Shown here: positions 1-12,398 of the stretch, piece after piece
Position numbering within the stretch: the first letter of the stretch is position 1
Layout of the letters: each line of letters opens with the position of its first letter
Origin: Octopus vulgaris
Lineage: Eukaryota
DNA length: 64,000 nucleotides
Reading direction: 5' to 3'
NCBI GenBank assembly: GCA_951406725.2
Contig: OX597814.1
Span: 109,058,001-109,122,000 of the forward strand
The notes under the pieces: model-generated
What the model was told of the DNA's origin: nothing
Databases searched by the model: none
The model's input: only the letters and a program-made list of their open reading frames with translations
Position numbers and translations under genes: made by a program

Positions 1-413
1 CTTACTGTACAAACAACTTACATTTTTGAAATCACATTCACTTAAAAGTATTTCTAAATGATTAAAATATTGTACATCAAAAAGTCAACGTTTTTTTTTC
101 TTAGAGAGCACAAAGACTATGTGTATGTATATGTCACAGATAGCAGACGTGTGTTTGTGTTGGCATTCATTATATGTGTGTATGTGTGTTGGCATCATGG
201 AAGCCATGTTTTTTTCATCAAGAAATAACAAACAAAAATTGTGTTTCATCAGTTTCATTAATAGAGGTCAAAATGTCACCAAAATTTGGACTGCACTGCC
301 AAGGTAAGTACAAAAATGAATATGCAAAAAAAAAAAAATTAAGATAAAATACATTATTTCTGAGACATTCCAGGTACAAATAAACAACTCTAGAGTTTTA
401 GTATTATTAAGAG

Positions 414-630
414 GGTTTCAAATTTTGGCACAAGGTCAGCAAGTTCAGTGAGATGGGCACAAGTCAATTACATTAACCCCAGTGATCAACTGGTGCTGAT
501 TTTATCGACTGCAAAAGTATGAACGGCAAAGTTGACCTTAGCAGAATTTGAACTCAGAACGTACCGACTGATGAAATATCACTAAGCATTGTGCCCAGTG
601 TGCTAACAACTCTGCCAGCTTGCCACCTTA
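414..630 (-). mobile_element. tRNA-derived SINE family B (Meta-domain-like core), one of many copies
   Basis: Minus-strand B-box-like GAGTTCAAATTC and a tttcatcctttcggggtcgataaa...gtaccag-type core. Similar copies at about 11455-14110, 24605-24817, 29388-29602 and 60886-61110. Confidence 0.7.
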
Positions 631-640
631 ATAATAATAA

Positions 641-1035
641 TGTCCTGATGCAGTACCAGGCAGTGGCTCTCATCGCTTCTGATCTTAACTGGCTGGAAGT
701 GTTATCATGTACATTGTTTTGTCTTGGTATAAAAGATGGGCTACAGCAAATATTCTGTTCAATACCACAGATTTGCCTGACAGTTGTTTGACCATAACCA
801 GTTGAGCATGTCCCTTGGTGGCTGATGATATGTGCATCTCTGATCACGAGCAGAAGTAGTGGGGGAGCATCATAGCCGTGTGTTGAGAGGGATTCTTTGG
901 GGTTTGAATAATCCCCCTCAGGAAACATGGGTGTTTCATTCATCATCCTCAAACAACCCTTATTCAGGGACCTTTTGAGCAGGATCAACCTGAAGAAAAT
1001 TGTAACCGGGCCCCACCTGCAAGGTCATGTGCTGG
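641..1035. repeat. Interspersed repeat, also present at about 25052-25550; both copies abut (TAA)n
   Basis: Near-identical tgttatcatgtacattgttttgtcttggtataaaagatgg...gggccccacctgcaaggtcatgtg at both loci. Family not identified. Confidence 0.75.
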
Positions 1036-2184
1036 GCAATATCACACAGGAGAGAAATCCACTGATAAAGGTGAGACATCCACCAATAAAAACCCTGGAG
1101 TGCTTATGTCTTTATAGTGCAGATGAAAGTCAATCAGGAGAGAAGAGGCCATGTCCATGATGCTTGTAGTCATTACTAACACGTGAGGCTGATGCGGGTC
1201 ACACCATTTATATACAGTTCATGCAATCTTCTCTTTGTACAGGAAAGGAAACCACTCGTTATCAACAGTGGTAACATCTCCTGGCACATTTTCCCATCTT
1301 TTCTTACCTTAATTACCTGAAGTTCTTTGTAATAGAAGTTATGTAACTAATTAATACGAAACCACCAGAAGTAGTAACTACTAGAAGTTAAACAGATAAT
1401 TATTAAAAGTTCTGTCAGCGATTTGTGTACCAGTTGGTCACAATTATAAGTAAGGCAGGTTGGAGAAAGAATAAGCTGAAGAAGTAGAAGGCATTAGACT
1501 CCATTAGCAACAAAAGGCTTTCTTTGTTGTTCAAAGAGGAGATGGCCTTTTGCTGTCTCTCATGTGATGCAGACAATGAATGAAGGCAGAAGAGAGAGAA
1601 GCAGAGTCTATAAGGTTAACTTGAATGAAAGACTGTCTGTGAGCGAATTTAAGAAATGACTAGATGTACAAGATACTGGAACATCTTTAATCATAAGGGT
1701 ACCTTGAACAACATCATTTTAATGTCCACTTTCTCATGCTTGCATGGCTCAGATGGAATTGTCTGAGGCAGATTTTCCACAATCAGAATTGCCTTCTTGC
1801 TACCAGACCTCAATTGTTTCCAAGTAACATATTTCTCTTTGGTCAGATACGATTCACAGAAGACTGGAAACAAATGTTTCTAAGATGGTAATGCTACCTT
1901 ACAACCATCAAATGATGTCAAGATGAGACAAACACACACACACATATCACATCACATCTACTTTTAACAAAAGGCTTTAACATATACTTTTCCAAATTCC
2001 ACCAAGGTTGACTTAGCCGTTCAATCTTTCAGAGTCAATGAAATAAGCACCAGTTGAGGACTTACTCCTCCCTTAAAATTACTGGCCTTGTGTCAAAACC
2101 TGAAACCATTATTATTGATTAATTAATTAATTGAAGTTCAGTTTCTTATAAATAAAGGTATTTGAACAAAAATATTACGATTAC

Positions 2185-2511
2185 CTTAATATGAGAACTT
2201 TATCAAACTGGAACACTCGTCTGTCCAAATCCAGTTCAGGACGGAAAGCTTCGCAGCTGATTTTGAATAAAATTGGTTCTGGATTTTCTTTCACACAGCA
2301 AACAATTGCATCTTCAATTAATTTTACGGTACGAGGGAAAGCCCACACAGCAAGATGCTTTGACCTTTGTGGAGGAAGAATCATTGTTTGAGGATCTAAA
2401 GAAAATGTTTCAGCTTTTGTGTCTTTCAAGAAACAAAAACTAATGTCTGCTTCTATCGGGGAAGCATTCAGAATGGTTAAGATTTCAAGATTCTCTGGGA
2501 ATTCTTTGTAC
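2185..2511 (-). CDS. HYDIN: HYDIN coding exon (327 nt, phase 2-2; YKEFPENLEILTILNASPIEAD...FDKVLIL)
   Basis: Acceptor ctttcttag and donor gtaa. The peptide closely follows recalled vertebrate HYDIN (ETLTILN...NVWAYP...EDSIVCCI.DNPEPAIF.LSC...RPELEL....HFDRLLL). Phase matches the upstream exon. Confidence 0.93.
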
Positions 2512-2921
2512 CTAAGAAAGGCAAAAAACAGCAACAACTATACTTTGGCATTTATCTGCTTTCATTAAACAATTGAAATTAAAAGATATTAACCTTTAGC
2601 ACACTTAGGTGCATCATGGCTCTATCCGAATTTTCTCCCCTGTAACGACAGGCACAGTGTATCACATTGAGAGGGGAGAAAGCTCATACAGTGACATGAT
2701 GTGTCTATAGCATGCTAAAAGTTGAAAGATTCTTAGCTGCCACACTCACCCTTGACCCAGAAAAACATTGAGGATGTGACATGTGGGAGATGACAGGGAT
2801 GCAAACAGCACTTAGCTGCTACGCAATTTCAGCTGAGAAGACTAAAGCAATGTGAAATGATGTACCTATGAAAGGACACAACACATACATGCGCGCACAC
2901 ACACACATGTAAAAGTCAAAA

Positions 2922-3220
2922 TCATCATTATCATTTAACATCCGCTTTCCATGCTAGCACGGGTTGGACAATTTGACTGGGGACTGGCAAACCAGATGGC
3001 TGCACCCGGCTCCAATTTGATCTGGCAGTGTTTCTACAGCTGGATGCCCTTCCTAACACCAACCACTCCGAGAGTGTAGTGGGTGCTTTTACATGCCACC
3101 TGCATGAGGGCCAGTCAGGTGGTACTGGCAACGGACACACTCGAAATGGTGTTTTTTATGTGCCACCTGCACAGAGGTTAGTCCAGTGGCACTGGCAACG
3201 ACCTTGCTCAAATGTTTTGT
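2922..3220 (-). mobile_element. SINE family C with (GAT)n tail and internal tandem subrepeats
   Basis: catcatttaacatccgctttccatgctagc...ctacagctggatgcccttcctaac...; recurs at about 27390-27855, 48455-48860 and 56740-58445. Confidence 0.7.
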
Positions 3221-4861
3221 TAATATATTGTACAAATTAAACAACAAAATTAATCCAATTCAAATCTTATTAAAACTTTAATAATTCGTTCTTCCAACCT
3301 GCACCAGGTGTAGACAAAAGAGCAATCAAAAGGTAAATGCCAGTATGTAGTACTTATCAATATTCATGTGGTTAAAAAAAAATCACATAAATTACACACA
3401 TACTATATATACATACATCTATATATTATCAACAGTACATTATTATTTTCAGCATATAACAAGTCAGAATGCTACCATTGATTTCACATCACTTACCTTA
3501 TTACGTTGAGCAATATTGACAACTATAGTGGAGGCACGTGGTTCAGTGGTTAGGGTGCTGGACTCATAATCGTAAGATTGTGGTTTCAATTCCTGGACTG
3601 GGCGATGTGGTGTGTTCTTGAGCAAAACACTTCACTCCCTATTGCTCCAGTCCACTCAGCTGGCAAAAATGAGTAATCCAATGATGGAGAACAGTGTCCC
3701 ATCCAGGTGGGGGCTATATACGCCATGGAAACCAGCCCTTATTAGTCAAGAAGGTGACCTTTACCTTTTTTGATATTGGCAACCATTCAGAAGAGCTGTA
3801 CCACTTAAATTAATCATAAATCGCTGTACCCCAGGATTAATCAGAAGTGTGGTACTTCATGATTAATCAAAATTGCAGTACCTCATGAACAATCAAAAGT
3901 GCAGTACTTGTACCTGCACCCGCAGCTACATTCACCCGGGTGAGGCTGAGGTGGCTCTGACCAACATCCTTCATCACGTACCTCATCAATGCTGACCACA
4001 TCTAACATCAGTTCTAACATTCCAGCAGGCAAAGTAATGCTTCTGCCTGCAGCCCCAAAAGAGTAGACCTGGGGACAGTAGTAACCACAAGGTGGTTCCA
4101 ATCTCCTCAAAACCCTGGAACTTCCATACCAAGTCCCACAACCAAATGCAATTTAAAGTGCAGTACCTCATAATTAAACAGAATTGCAGTACCCCATGAA
4201 ATTTTGGCCAGGGATCCAAGATTAATGGGTTGGGTAAACAACTCCAGTTTACAGGGTACCTTCAGCCAGAGTGTAGACTCTGCCAAAGTCTCCATGGGAG
4301 CCAAACTAAGTGATGGATTAAGTAGTGTCTGTCCGACAGGGTACAGCAGACTTCCCAGCTACCCAAGTTCAAGCACAAGGTTTGGATTGATCCAAGTCTA
4401 TGCCAGAAGATTCTTACTCAAGGAAGGGCCCAATGGGAATGAACAGGAAACCTAAGGATTGCAATGAGAACCTCTTAAACGAGCAGGGATCAGAGAAAAT
4501 AGAGACAAAAATTGAAAAAAGAATATTGGGTGGTGACTTACTTGTTGATTGGATGGAGGCTTTTCAGGGAAAGAAGAAGAAAAAAAGGAAATGAAACAAA
4601 ATAGTGTTTGAATAATTACATTTTCTAATTTAAATAAGAAATGACACACACATATAGACATATATAGCTATACATATATATACATATATATAAAGAGAGA
4701 GACAGACAGACAGAAAAGAAGACACATGCATATATATGTAACACTGATCTATATAGATATCAATAGGTATGTGTGTGTATGTATATATATATATATATAT
4801 GCTTTGGTTGCAAATGGTTTTTTATACGGCGCCATTTTTACAATCCTGTAAATGATAATAA

Positions 4862-5087
4862 TGGTATTTTTTATATAAGCTTAAAGCTTATGCTGATCAC
4901 TGTGCAATGATTAAAGGAAATAGTTTAATAAAGGTGCATATAAGACCTCGACAGAAAAAAGGTCTTCCTATCTGCAGATAGGAAGGCCTTCATTTTTCTG
5001 TCGAGGGCTTATATGCTCCGTTATTAGACTATTTTCCTTAGTCATTGCATGGTAATCAGCATAAGCTTTAAGCTTATTTAAAAATAC

Positions 5088-5089
<2 letters not shown>
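4862..5089. repeat. Long near-perfect palindrome (two arms of about 114 bp, no spacer, centre CTGCAG)
   Basis: The left arm tggtattttttatataagcttaaagcttatgctg...ttcctatctg is the reverse complement of the right arm, with scattered mismatches. Confidence 0.9.
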
Positions 5090-5122
<33 letters not shown>

Positions 5123-5565
5123 CACAAGATATATATATATATATATATATAGCACAAGATATATATATATATATATGTATGTGGTGATGGTTAAAAAATA
5201 TTTATAATCTTAAGTAGTTATTGTCAAGAAAAGCAAGAGAGACAACATCAAAATCTGAATAAATTTAAAATTTATTAAATAGAATACTTTGAATCTGATC
5301 TTTAGCAGTTGAATGACATCTTTGGACAGGTTTCATTTTCATTAGACCTCCTCAGCAAAATCTTAAAAGATTATTTGCATATTTATTCTTAATACATTTA
5401 GGGAGGTTCAGACACAAAAGATATATACAAAGAATCGTTTCTCATCAGCGATTCTCAACCATTATTTGGCCTATGGACCCCTTTGATTTCTATTCTACCC
5501 TACTGGACCCCATAGCCATTCGATGTTTAAGAAAAGCCATATTGAACCTTCATAATTATATATTA

Positions 5566-5977
5566 CTAGCAGCTAAGCCCGGTTTCACACGGTCTGTTTG
5601 GATGATGTCACTGTGATTGTTTTCAGTTAGGCATAGTCTTTAACAGCATTTCTCAACCTTATCATTTTGGGTCCCCTGTTTCGATTGGAGCCTCCAGCTG
5701 TATGAAAATTTCCTGACCCTACCCCGTCAGAAAACATCTTCTAAGCAACTGGTTGTTTTAATGGTGGAAGAAAGAGAGAAATTCCATTAGAAAAAAGTTT
5801 TAATTGATTTTTTCGGTAAGTATGGATGTTAGGAAAAAAAATACAAATGGCATTCCACTCTATGCACCCGTTTCCATATGTGTGCCATTTTTCATGCGAA
5901 TCCACCCAGCCGTTTGGCTGTGAACCTCAAGACAAGAAAGAATACAACGATTGCCCATGTCCAATTTATATTATAGA
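5566..5977 (-). mobile_element. Non-autonomous Helitron (412 bp)
   Basis: The minus strand starts TCTATAATATAAA and ends with a hairpin-like ccgtgtgaaaccggg followed by CTAG. It sits between A and T with no TSD. It appears nested in a hAT-like fragment beginning cagcgattctcaacc at 5446. Confidence 0.75.
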
Positions 5978-6071
5978 TTAGGAACTGTATAAAAAAATTG
6001 CTAAAATACTTTGTGCATTGTGAAAGTAAAACCAATTTATTTCAGATAATTTTTAACAAAATCTTGATATA

Positions 6072-6274
6072 TAATTCTAAGCATTTGCTAAGAACTGGAA
6101 TCATTTTCAACTGTGTAGGGCAGAATCTCATCAGGGCTTTATGAGCTTATAGAATTTGCCTGTATCCTTTCAAGAAATATGTTAACCTTTGTTCTCTAAG
6201 TTCATAAAGCCCTGATGAGATTCTGCCCCATACAGTTGAAAATAATACCAATTCTTAGCAAATGCTCAGAATTA
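6072..6274. mobile_element. MITE-like foldback (83-bp inverted arms, 37-bp spacer, TA ends)
   Basis: 6072-6154 is the reverse complement of 6192-6274 with few mismatches. Confidence 0.75.
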
Positions 6275-6448
6275 CGTATCCACTTGGGGCATGAATTGGA
6301 ACACATATGTAGGCTTTTGGCATCTGCCATTTCTTTTAGAGCTTTAAAATTTATAATCTATTTGTATTGTTTTTATAAAAAATTTCATCATCTTTATATC
6401 AATACAAATAATCATTTATACAACCATTATTCTCCACTTTCTTTCTTT

Positions 6449-6481
<33 letters not shown>

Positions 6482-6669
6482 TTTAGCAAAATTTAGATTC
6501 AGATGAATATGGTACTTAAGTTAAAGGCACCAGAATTTGGTATGGTATTATCCATATAAATCAAATGGGGTCATTAACCTCTCTGTCTATATATCTACCC
6601 TTGTTGTAATGTTGGCAAATGAAATAAGTATAAAAATGTACATTGTCCATTTAAATAAAAAATTCTATA

Positions 6670-6757
6670 TGTGGCTGAAGATTGCTCGACATTTTAAAAC
6701 TGATGTAATACTTACAGTGTATAATAAAATGAAGTAGCATGAAACGGTTGTACTACA
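6670..6757 (+). ncRNA. Candidate type I hammerhead ribozyme with extended stem II
   Basis: tgtgg-CTGAAGA-t-tgct...catttta..actg..cagt..taaaatg...agca-t-GAAAC-ggtt-GTA-ctaca. Stems I, II and a minimal stem III all pair. Confidence 0.55.
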
Positions 6758-6789
6758 CTACCTTGGATATCCTTGTTCCTTATTTTGAT

Positions 6790-6858
<69 letters not shown>

Positions 6859-6989
6859 TGAAAGAGAGAGTGAGAGTGAAACCTGTGTATCATGCTAAAT
6901 GTATACCACTGAAAGGCTTGATAGCAGTAAAATATTAGTTTAGCAAGAGATGAAAACAAATGCAAATAATGCCATGAAAGTAAACTCAC

Positions 6990-7109
6990 CCGTCGGCATA
7001 TCTTCCAACCAGAAGCGGACCAAATTCAAAAGTCTCTGATGACATGACATATCTTTTATGAACGATCTCATCAGGTTCTCTCTTCTTCCGGTGTCGTTTA
7101 AAAACAATC
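6990..7109 (-). CDS. HYDIN: HYDIN coding exon (120 nt, phase 2-2; IVFKRHRKKREPDEIVHKRYVMSSETFEFGPLLVGRYAD)
   Basis: Acceptor tttcag and donor gtgagt. Matches recalled HYDIN KKYVMSTETYYFGPLLCG. This is not the frame shown in the ORF track. Confidence 0.93.
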
Positions 7110-7595
7110 CTGAAACGTAATGAATACAGGCCAAGATTAATTTATTGTGTTCAAATGCAATGCACTTACATGGCAGTGTGGTAGGAAATTTGCTTCCTGA
7201 CCACAAGGATTCATGTTCAGTCCTACTGTACAGTACCTTGGACCAGTGTCCTCTACTTTAGCCCCAGGCCAACCAAAGCTCTGTGAGTGGATTTGATAAA
7301 TGGAAACTGAAAAAAAGCCATCATATGTGTACATAAGCGTGTGCATATGAACGTATATATGATGGACTTCTTTCAGTTTCTGTCTACCAAATCCACTCAC
7401 AAGGCTTCGGTTGGCCCAAGGTTATAGTAGAAAACACTTGCTCCAGGTGTCATACAGTGGAACTGAACCCAGAACCATTTGGTTGGGAAGCAAGCTTCTT
7501 ACCACACAGTCACGCCTGCGAATGTGAAGAAATAAATTATCAATGTTATTTCTAATAATAGGAAAGGAAAAATAAGTGAAAAAATGATTTCTCAC

Positions 7596-7778
7596 TTTGG
7601 ATCTTGACAAATACTTGGGAAAATACAGAGGCCATGATTAAATATTTGGAAGCGCTTCTTGGTGCCAAGGATTTCAAAAGTCAATGTCTGGTCAAATTCT
7701 CCCAGTTCTTCAGATGAGAAACGAATCCTAAGAGTGGTGTAACCATTTGCAGGAACAATCCATCTGAAGTAGTTCAGT
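7596..7778 (-). CDS. HYDIN: HYDIN coding exon (183 nt, phase 2-2; LNYFRWIVPANGYTTLRIRFSSEELGEFDQTLTFEILG...CQDPK)
   Basis: Acceptor ttttgcttcag and donor gtgag. Very close to recalled HYDIN RLNHFRWIVPANGEVTL...FDQTFNFEILG...ICQDPK. Confidence 0.95.
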
Positions 7779-7918
7779 CTGAAGCAAAAATTCAAATTCA
7801 ACATTAAATTTTACATAAAACAAAATCACCAATATTTGTATTTAGCAGGGATATATTTAAAAAAATTTTTTAATTTAAATACCAATTGTTTATGAATATT
7901 TACACCTACATATATTAA

Positions 7919-7955
<37 letters not shown>

Positions 7956-9234
7956 CAATCAAGTAGACCTATATTTGTGTAGAGAATGGAGGAGGTAAAT
8001 ATATACTACATGTTTTTCCAAGGAAAGCCAACCAGGAGTTATGTAATTGTAAGTTACTACATATATGCTTAGCTCCCTTTTCTTCAGGTATTTTTTACCA
8101 TTTGTTTACAAAGTTGTTGAAAAGTAGTAGGTTTGATGAACCAGGAAGAAATGACTACATCAGCAACAGCAGAAAGATGGGCGGAAGCAAGGTTTAATTA
8201 AGCAACCAATGAAATTCATTATCAGCAGGCAAGCTGTTAATGAATTTGAGATGAAAGGGGTGTGGTCTCAGGAGGTCAGTTTCTTCAAAGAAAGAATGTG
8301 ATCTTTTAAGAAACTGAAAATAAATTACTGTTGTATAATCCGTAATTAATTCAAAATATATTAATTGTACAAAATGTAATTAATCCAACATAAAGTAGTG
8401 TCATATAATGTCTAACTAATTGAAAATACATTATTATACAACATAAAACCATTGTGTGATTTATACATGGAGCAAAGATAAAACCATGAAGGGAAGAATT
8501 TTATAGCAAGATTTAAGGGTGCCGGTGCAATTTATACACAGATATGTCTTATGGATGAGTAAATACAGTAATTAAATCAAAAAGCAATTAGTTTTGTAAC
8601 ATGCAAATGAATTCAAATTAAAATATTGTCACACAATATATAACAACAAATCTGCAAAGAAATAGAACAGACAACTGAATTTACCTCCCCCACCTCATCA
8701 AACACTTTTCCATTGACCCATAAAGATTGAAAGGCAAAGCTAAGACTAATGGGATTTGAACTCAAAATAAGTAAATTCTGCAATGCTTTATGATTACTTA
8801 GTCACCAACCTCCCAAACCCAATCACATTACAAAATATTGTTAATTCTGAAGGTTTTAAAATGTGTTTTGTACCTTCTTTAGTGAGAGATGGAAGGGCCT
8901 CTTTGATGGGAAGAAGGAAAAGATGTCACCATCAGACATGAATGCTTACAACAGGGTGGATGGACTCTGTTAAAGATACCCAGGCACCAGGTTGTGCTGA
9001 TAAATTAAATCTATTCACTACATCAGGAACAATGTCTCCCTTTTCTTTTTAGTGATTTTGTCCCCAATGCAGTATGAAGAAGTAAAAGAAGGGGGGGGGT
9101 CTATAAATTCAAAAGATGTCAATTGACAGAAAGCTTAAAGGACTAAATAATCTCTCCTTTGAACCAATCACAGAAATATTCAATCCACATGTTTTTATAA
9201 TTGTTTTTTGGGGTTTTTTTTTTTTACAACTTAC

Positions 9235-9264
9235 TTCTTGGATTCCAAATATGGAGTTCCAGGA
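9235..9264 (-). CDS. HYDIN: Probable HYDIN 30-nt microexon (phase 2-2; SPGTPYLESKK)
   Basis: Strong acceptor ctttatttttcag and donor gtaagt. No stop codon, and the phase matches both flanking exons. Confidence 0.7.
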
Positions 9265-11654
9265 CTGAAAAATAAAGAAAATTTACCATTGTTACTAATA
9301 TATAACTCAAAACCAATAATAAACAAATGATATAACATAAATATATAACACAGAAGCACTTTTACAAAACAACAACGACGTAATATTTACTGGAATTAAT
9401 GTTTTACCATTTACTTGTTTTGGTCATGAAAGAAAGAGAAAAGATCAATAAATATGGAGACCTGAGGATTGGAATCACCAAGATGTGGCAACTACGCGAG
9501 TCAAATATAAAGGTTGTCTCTATTGTCATTGGATCACTGGATTCAATACCACCCAAACTGAAGAAACATCTGGAAACTTGAGAAATAGTCTACAATCTAG
9601 GCGTATTGCAAAAATTGGCATTACTTGGAACTGCACACATATTGCGTAAAGTACAGTCTGTCTGAGGTCCTTGTGACTTGACAGACAGTACAAACCCCTG
9701 GTAGACAAAATATCTTCAATCAACAACATCATGATATTGGATACTGTGTAACAGTAATAAGAAGAGCACTCAGAGAGTACAAACTTCCACCAAGGCAACA
9801 CCAACATCCTCTCAATGATTAGCCAGAGATGATTTTTAAAATGAGAATATCTGAAATAAACACAACTGCTCTCACAAATAAGAATACTAAAAATGAACCG
9901 ACCACTCTCAAAAATTACATTAAAAAACAGGAAAAATAATCCAGAATCCTTGTACGATACCTGATCGATCCCAGTGGTAGCCATGGAATGTGAAGGTGGC
10001 TTTAGAAAATTTAGTAACAGTAATAAACAGTTAATCCTTATCTAATACAAGCCAAAGTTAACAAATTCACCATTCAAAATAGTTTCAAAGGTGGAGGTAA
10101 TAATAAGTTCTACTCAGGAATTTTTAAATGAACAGCACAAGACCTTTTGGCTTTCTCTTCTCTTAAATTCCGGACTTCCTTTAGTATTCCTGTTGTTTTA
10201 GATCGATGTATAGATGTATGTATATATGTAAGCATACTGTAAAGTGTTAATATGTATGTGTAGCAATATCCATTTTAGCCATTTTGAAATGTGGCGCGAA
10301 TTGGCAATATGACGTAATGTCTTTGCCGAAGAATTATCATTTTCGTTTTTTTCCCATTGGTTAATATAACTGCTCATATAAAGATTCTAGAAGTTTCGAA
10401 AAGAATGTTTGTCCTGAATTTCGATTCTTTTTGGTCAGGTTGAGCAGTTATAAAAACCCTGGATTTGGGGAGAGACTTTAGTGTTCGTTGGTGTCACATA
10501 ACTCCACGTCACTCTTTTGGAGGCATCGGTAAATTTTATGCCATGTCTATGTTAATCACAAATCTATTTTGATTTGTTGGTTAACGTATTAGATAGAACG
10601 AAGAAATTAGCTAAGGAATTTATAGTCGTTTTCCTTCACAACAAAGTTATCTTTCTGACTGTAAATAACATAAAATGTTATATTTGTATAATAAAAAATA
10701 ATTAAAAAGAGTGTTTCTCTTCACGTTTGTTTTTCAACTGAGCATAGATAAATATGCATTTCTGTAATCTTTGATTTATGTTTCTTATAGCGGTTTAAAG
10801 GACACAATTAAAATATTCAACATACATGGTCGTTGATGTAGCGTTCCATGCGTATATGTCTATATGACGTTATAACTGCAGTTAGGGTTTTAGATATGAT
10901 GATAACACTTGAGTATAAGTGACGTTTAATCATTATATTCTCCCTTACTCAGAGAAAAGCCTAAATAAATAATATAACCTAAGAGAAAGCTTAAAGTAGA
11001 ATAAACCGAAAACCGCCGTAGGAAAATATGTATAATATATAATATATATATTATAAAAATATGTTAGTGTTAATTAATTTCTGAACGGTTTTGCTGCCAT
11101 TTGTTAATGTAGTTTGATTTCTTTATCCATCAGTTTCTACTAAGATAGAGATGAGAGTAAAATTAATAATAGAGAAACGAAAATAAAACGTTGGAAAAAG
11201 CCTAAAGGGAGATGATTGAGAAAGACTTGTAATCGTAATGATGTAAAGTAAAGTAGGTATAACAAATAATGCAGAATCCTTGTCCGGTACTGGATCGATC
11301 CCAAAATCTAATCAGTTTGTGCAAAGCATTCCTAAAAGTTTCATCCGAATCCATCCAGCGGTTCTTGAGATATTTTGTCCATGGACAAACAAAGAAACAA
11401 ACACAACTGAAAACAATACCTCTGCCTTCGCTAAGATGGAGGTGGTAATAATAGTCCTTTTTACAATAGGCACAAGACCTGAAATTTGAAAGAGGGTTTT
11501 GTCGGTTACATCAACCCCAGTGCATAACTGGTACCCATCAAGAGGATGAAAGTCAAAGTTGACCTGGCAAGAATTTGAACATGAAGTCAGACAAATTGTC
11601 ACAAAGTAGTGCCACCAAATCTATCAGCTTGCAGCGTTAATGATGATGATGATG

Positions 11655-11694
<40 letters not shown>

Positions 11695-11974
11695 TGATGA
11701 TTATGATTTTAAATTTTACCACAAGGACAACAATTTTTGCAGGAGGAGGTGAGTCAATTACAATGACCCCAGTGTTCAACTGGTACTTAAACTTATCAAC
11801 CCCAAAAGGATGAAAGGCAAAGTCAACATTGGCAGAATTTTAACTCAGAAACGTAAAGATGGACAAAATAGTGCTAGGCATTTTGTCCAGCATGCTAGAG
11901 ATTCTGCCACCTTAATAGTAAAAATAATAATAATAGTGGTTTTGATTTTACAATATGTCAGCATTATAAAATCA

Positions 11975-12398
11975 AAACCACTGACAAATGGTATAAACAT
12001 CATCCTGAAGCTGTGACTGAGGGAGAAAATGTGTCGATTCTATGGGTCTTCCCCGTGCAGACCGACAGGACTATAAAAGCCAATAAACCGGATATCATTA
12101 TAAAAGATCAGACAAAAAGGATGTGTTTATTAATTGACATGAGTATTCCCTGTGATCACAATATAGCGGCGAAAGAATTTGACAAGATTAGTAAATATAA
12201 AGACCTGCTAATGGAAATTGAAAAAATGTGGCATCTCAAGGCGACTAAGTACCAGTGATTGTAGGATCTCTAGGAATGATAAAAAAAGGTACTGAAACCT
12301 ATTTGAAAATTATTCCAGGCTTACCATACCTACTGGAAGTGCAAAAAATCGTATTAACTGGAACGGCTCGTGTACTGAGAAGAGCACTATCGCTGTGA
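11975..12398 (+). mobile_element. R4/Dong-like non-LTR retrotransposon 3' fragment (restriction-like endonuclease)
   Basis: ILW.FPVQTDRTIKANKPDIIIKD...CLLIDMSIP...KISKYKDL (PD..D motif), frameshifted. Followed by a short UTR and (TAA)n. Confidence 0.8.

Noticed and set aside
1691-1873. 60-aa minus-strand ORF as the next HYDIN exon
   Set aside because: It does not resemble the expected downstream HYDIN sequence (LRN.T.LPVAW); that exon probably lies beyond the window.
3530-3670. tRNA-like A/B boxes as a tRNA gene
   Set aside because: It continues into a SINE core (gtgttcttgagcaaaacactt...) seen at several other loci, and no complete cloverleaf can be formed.
3790-4205. Recurrent gcagtacc(t/c)cat motifs with variable spacing, superficially CRISPR-like
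   Set aside because: The units are degenerate and irregularly spaced, the context is a eukaryotic intron, and there are no cas genes. It is best read as a decayed minisatellite.
6212-6256. CTGATGA...GAAA inside the foldback element as a hammerhead
   Set aside because: No stem I can be formed, and the motif is buried in the long inverted repeat.
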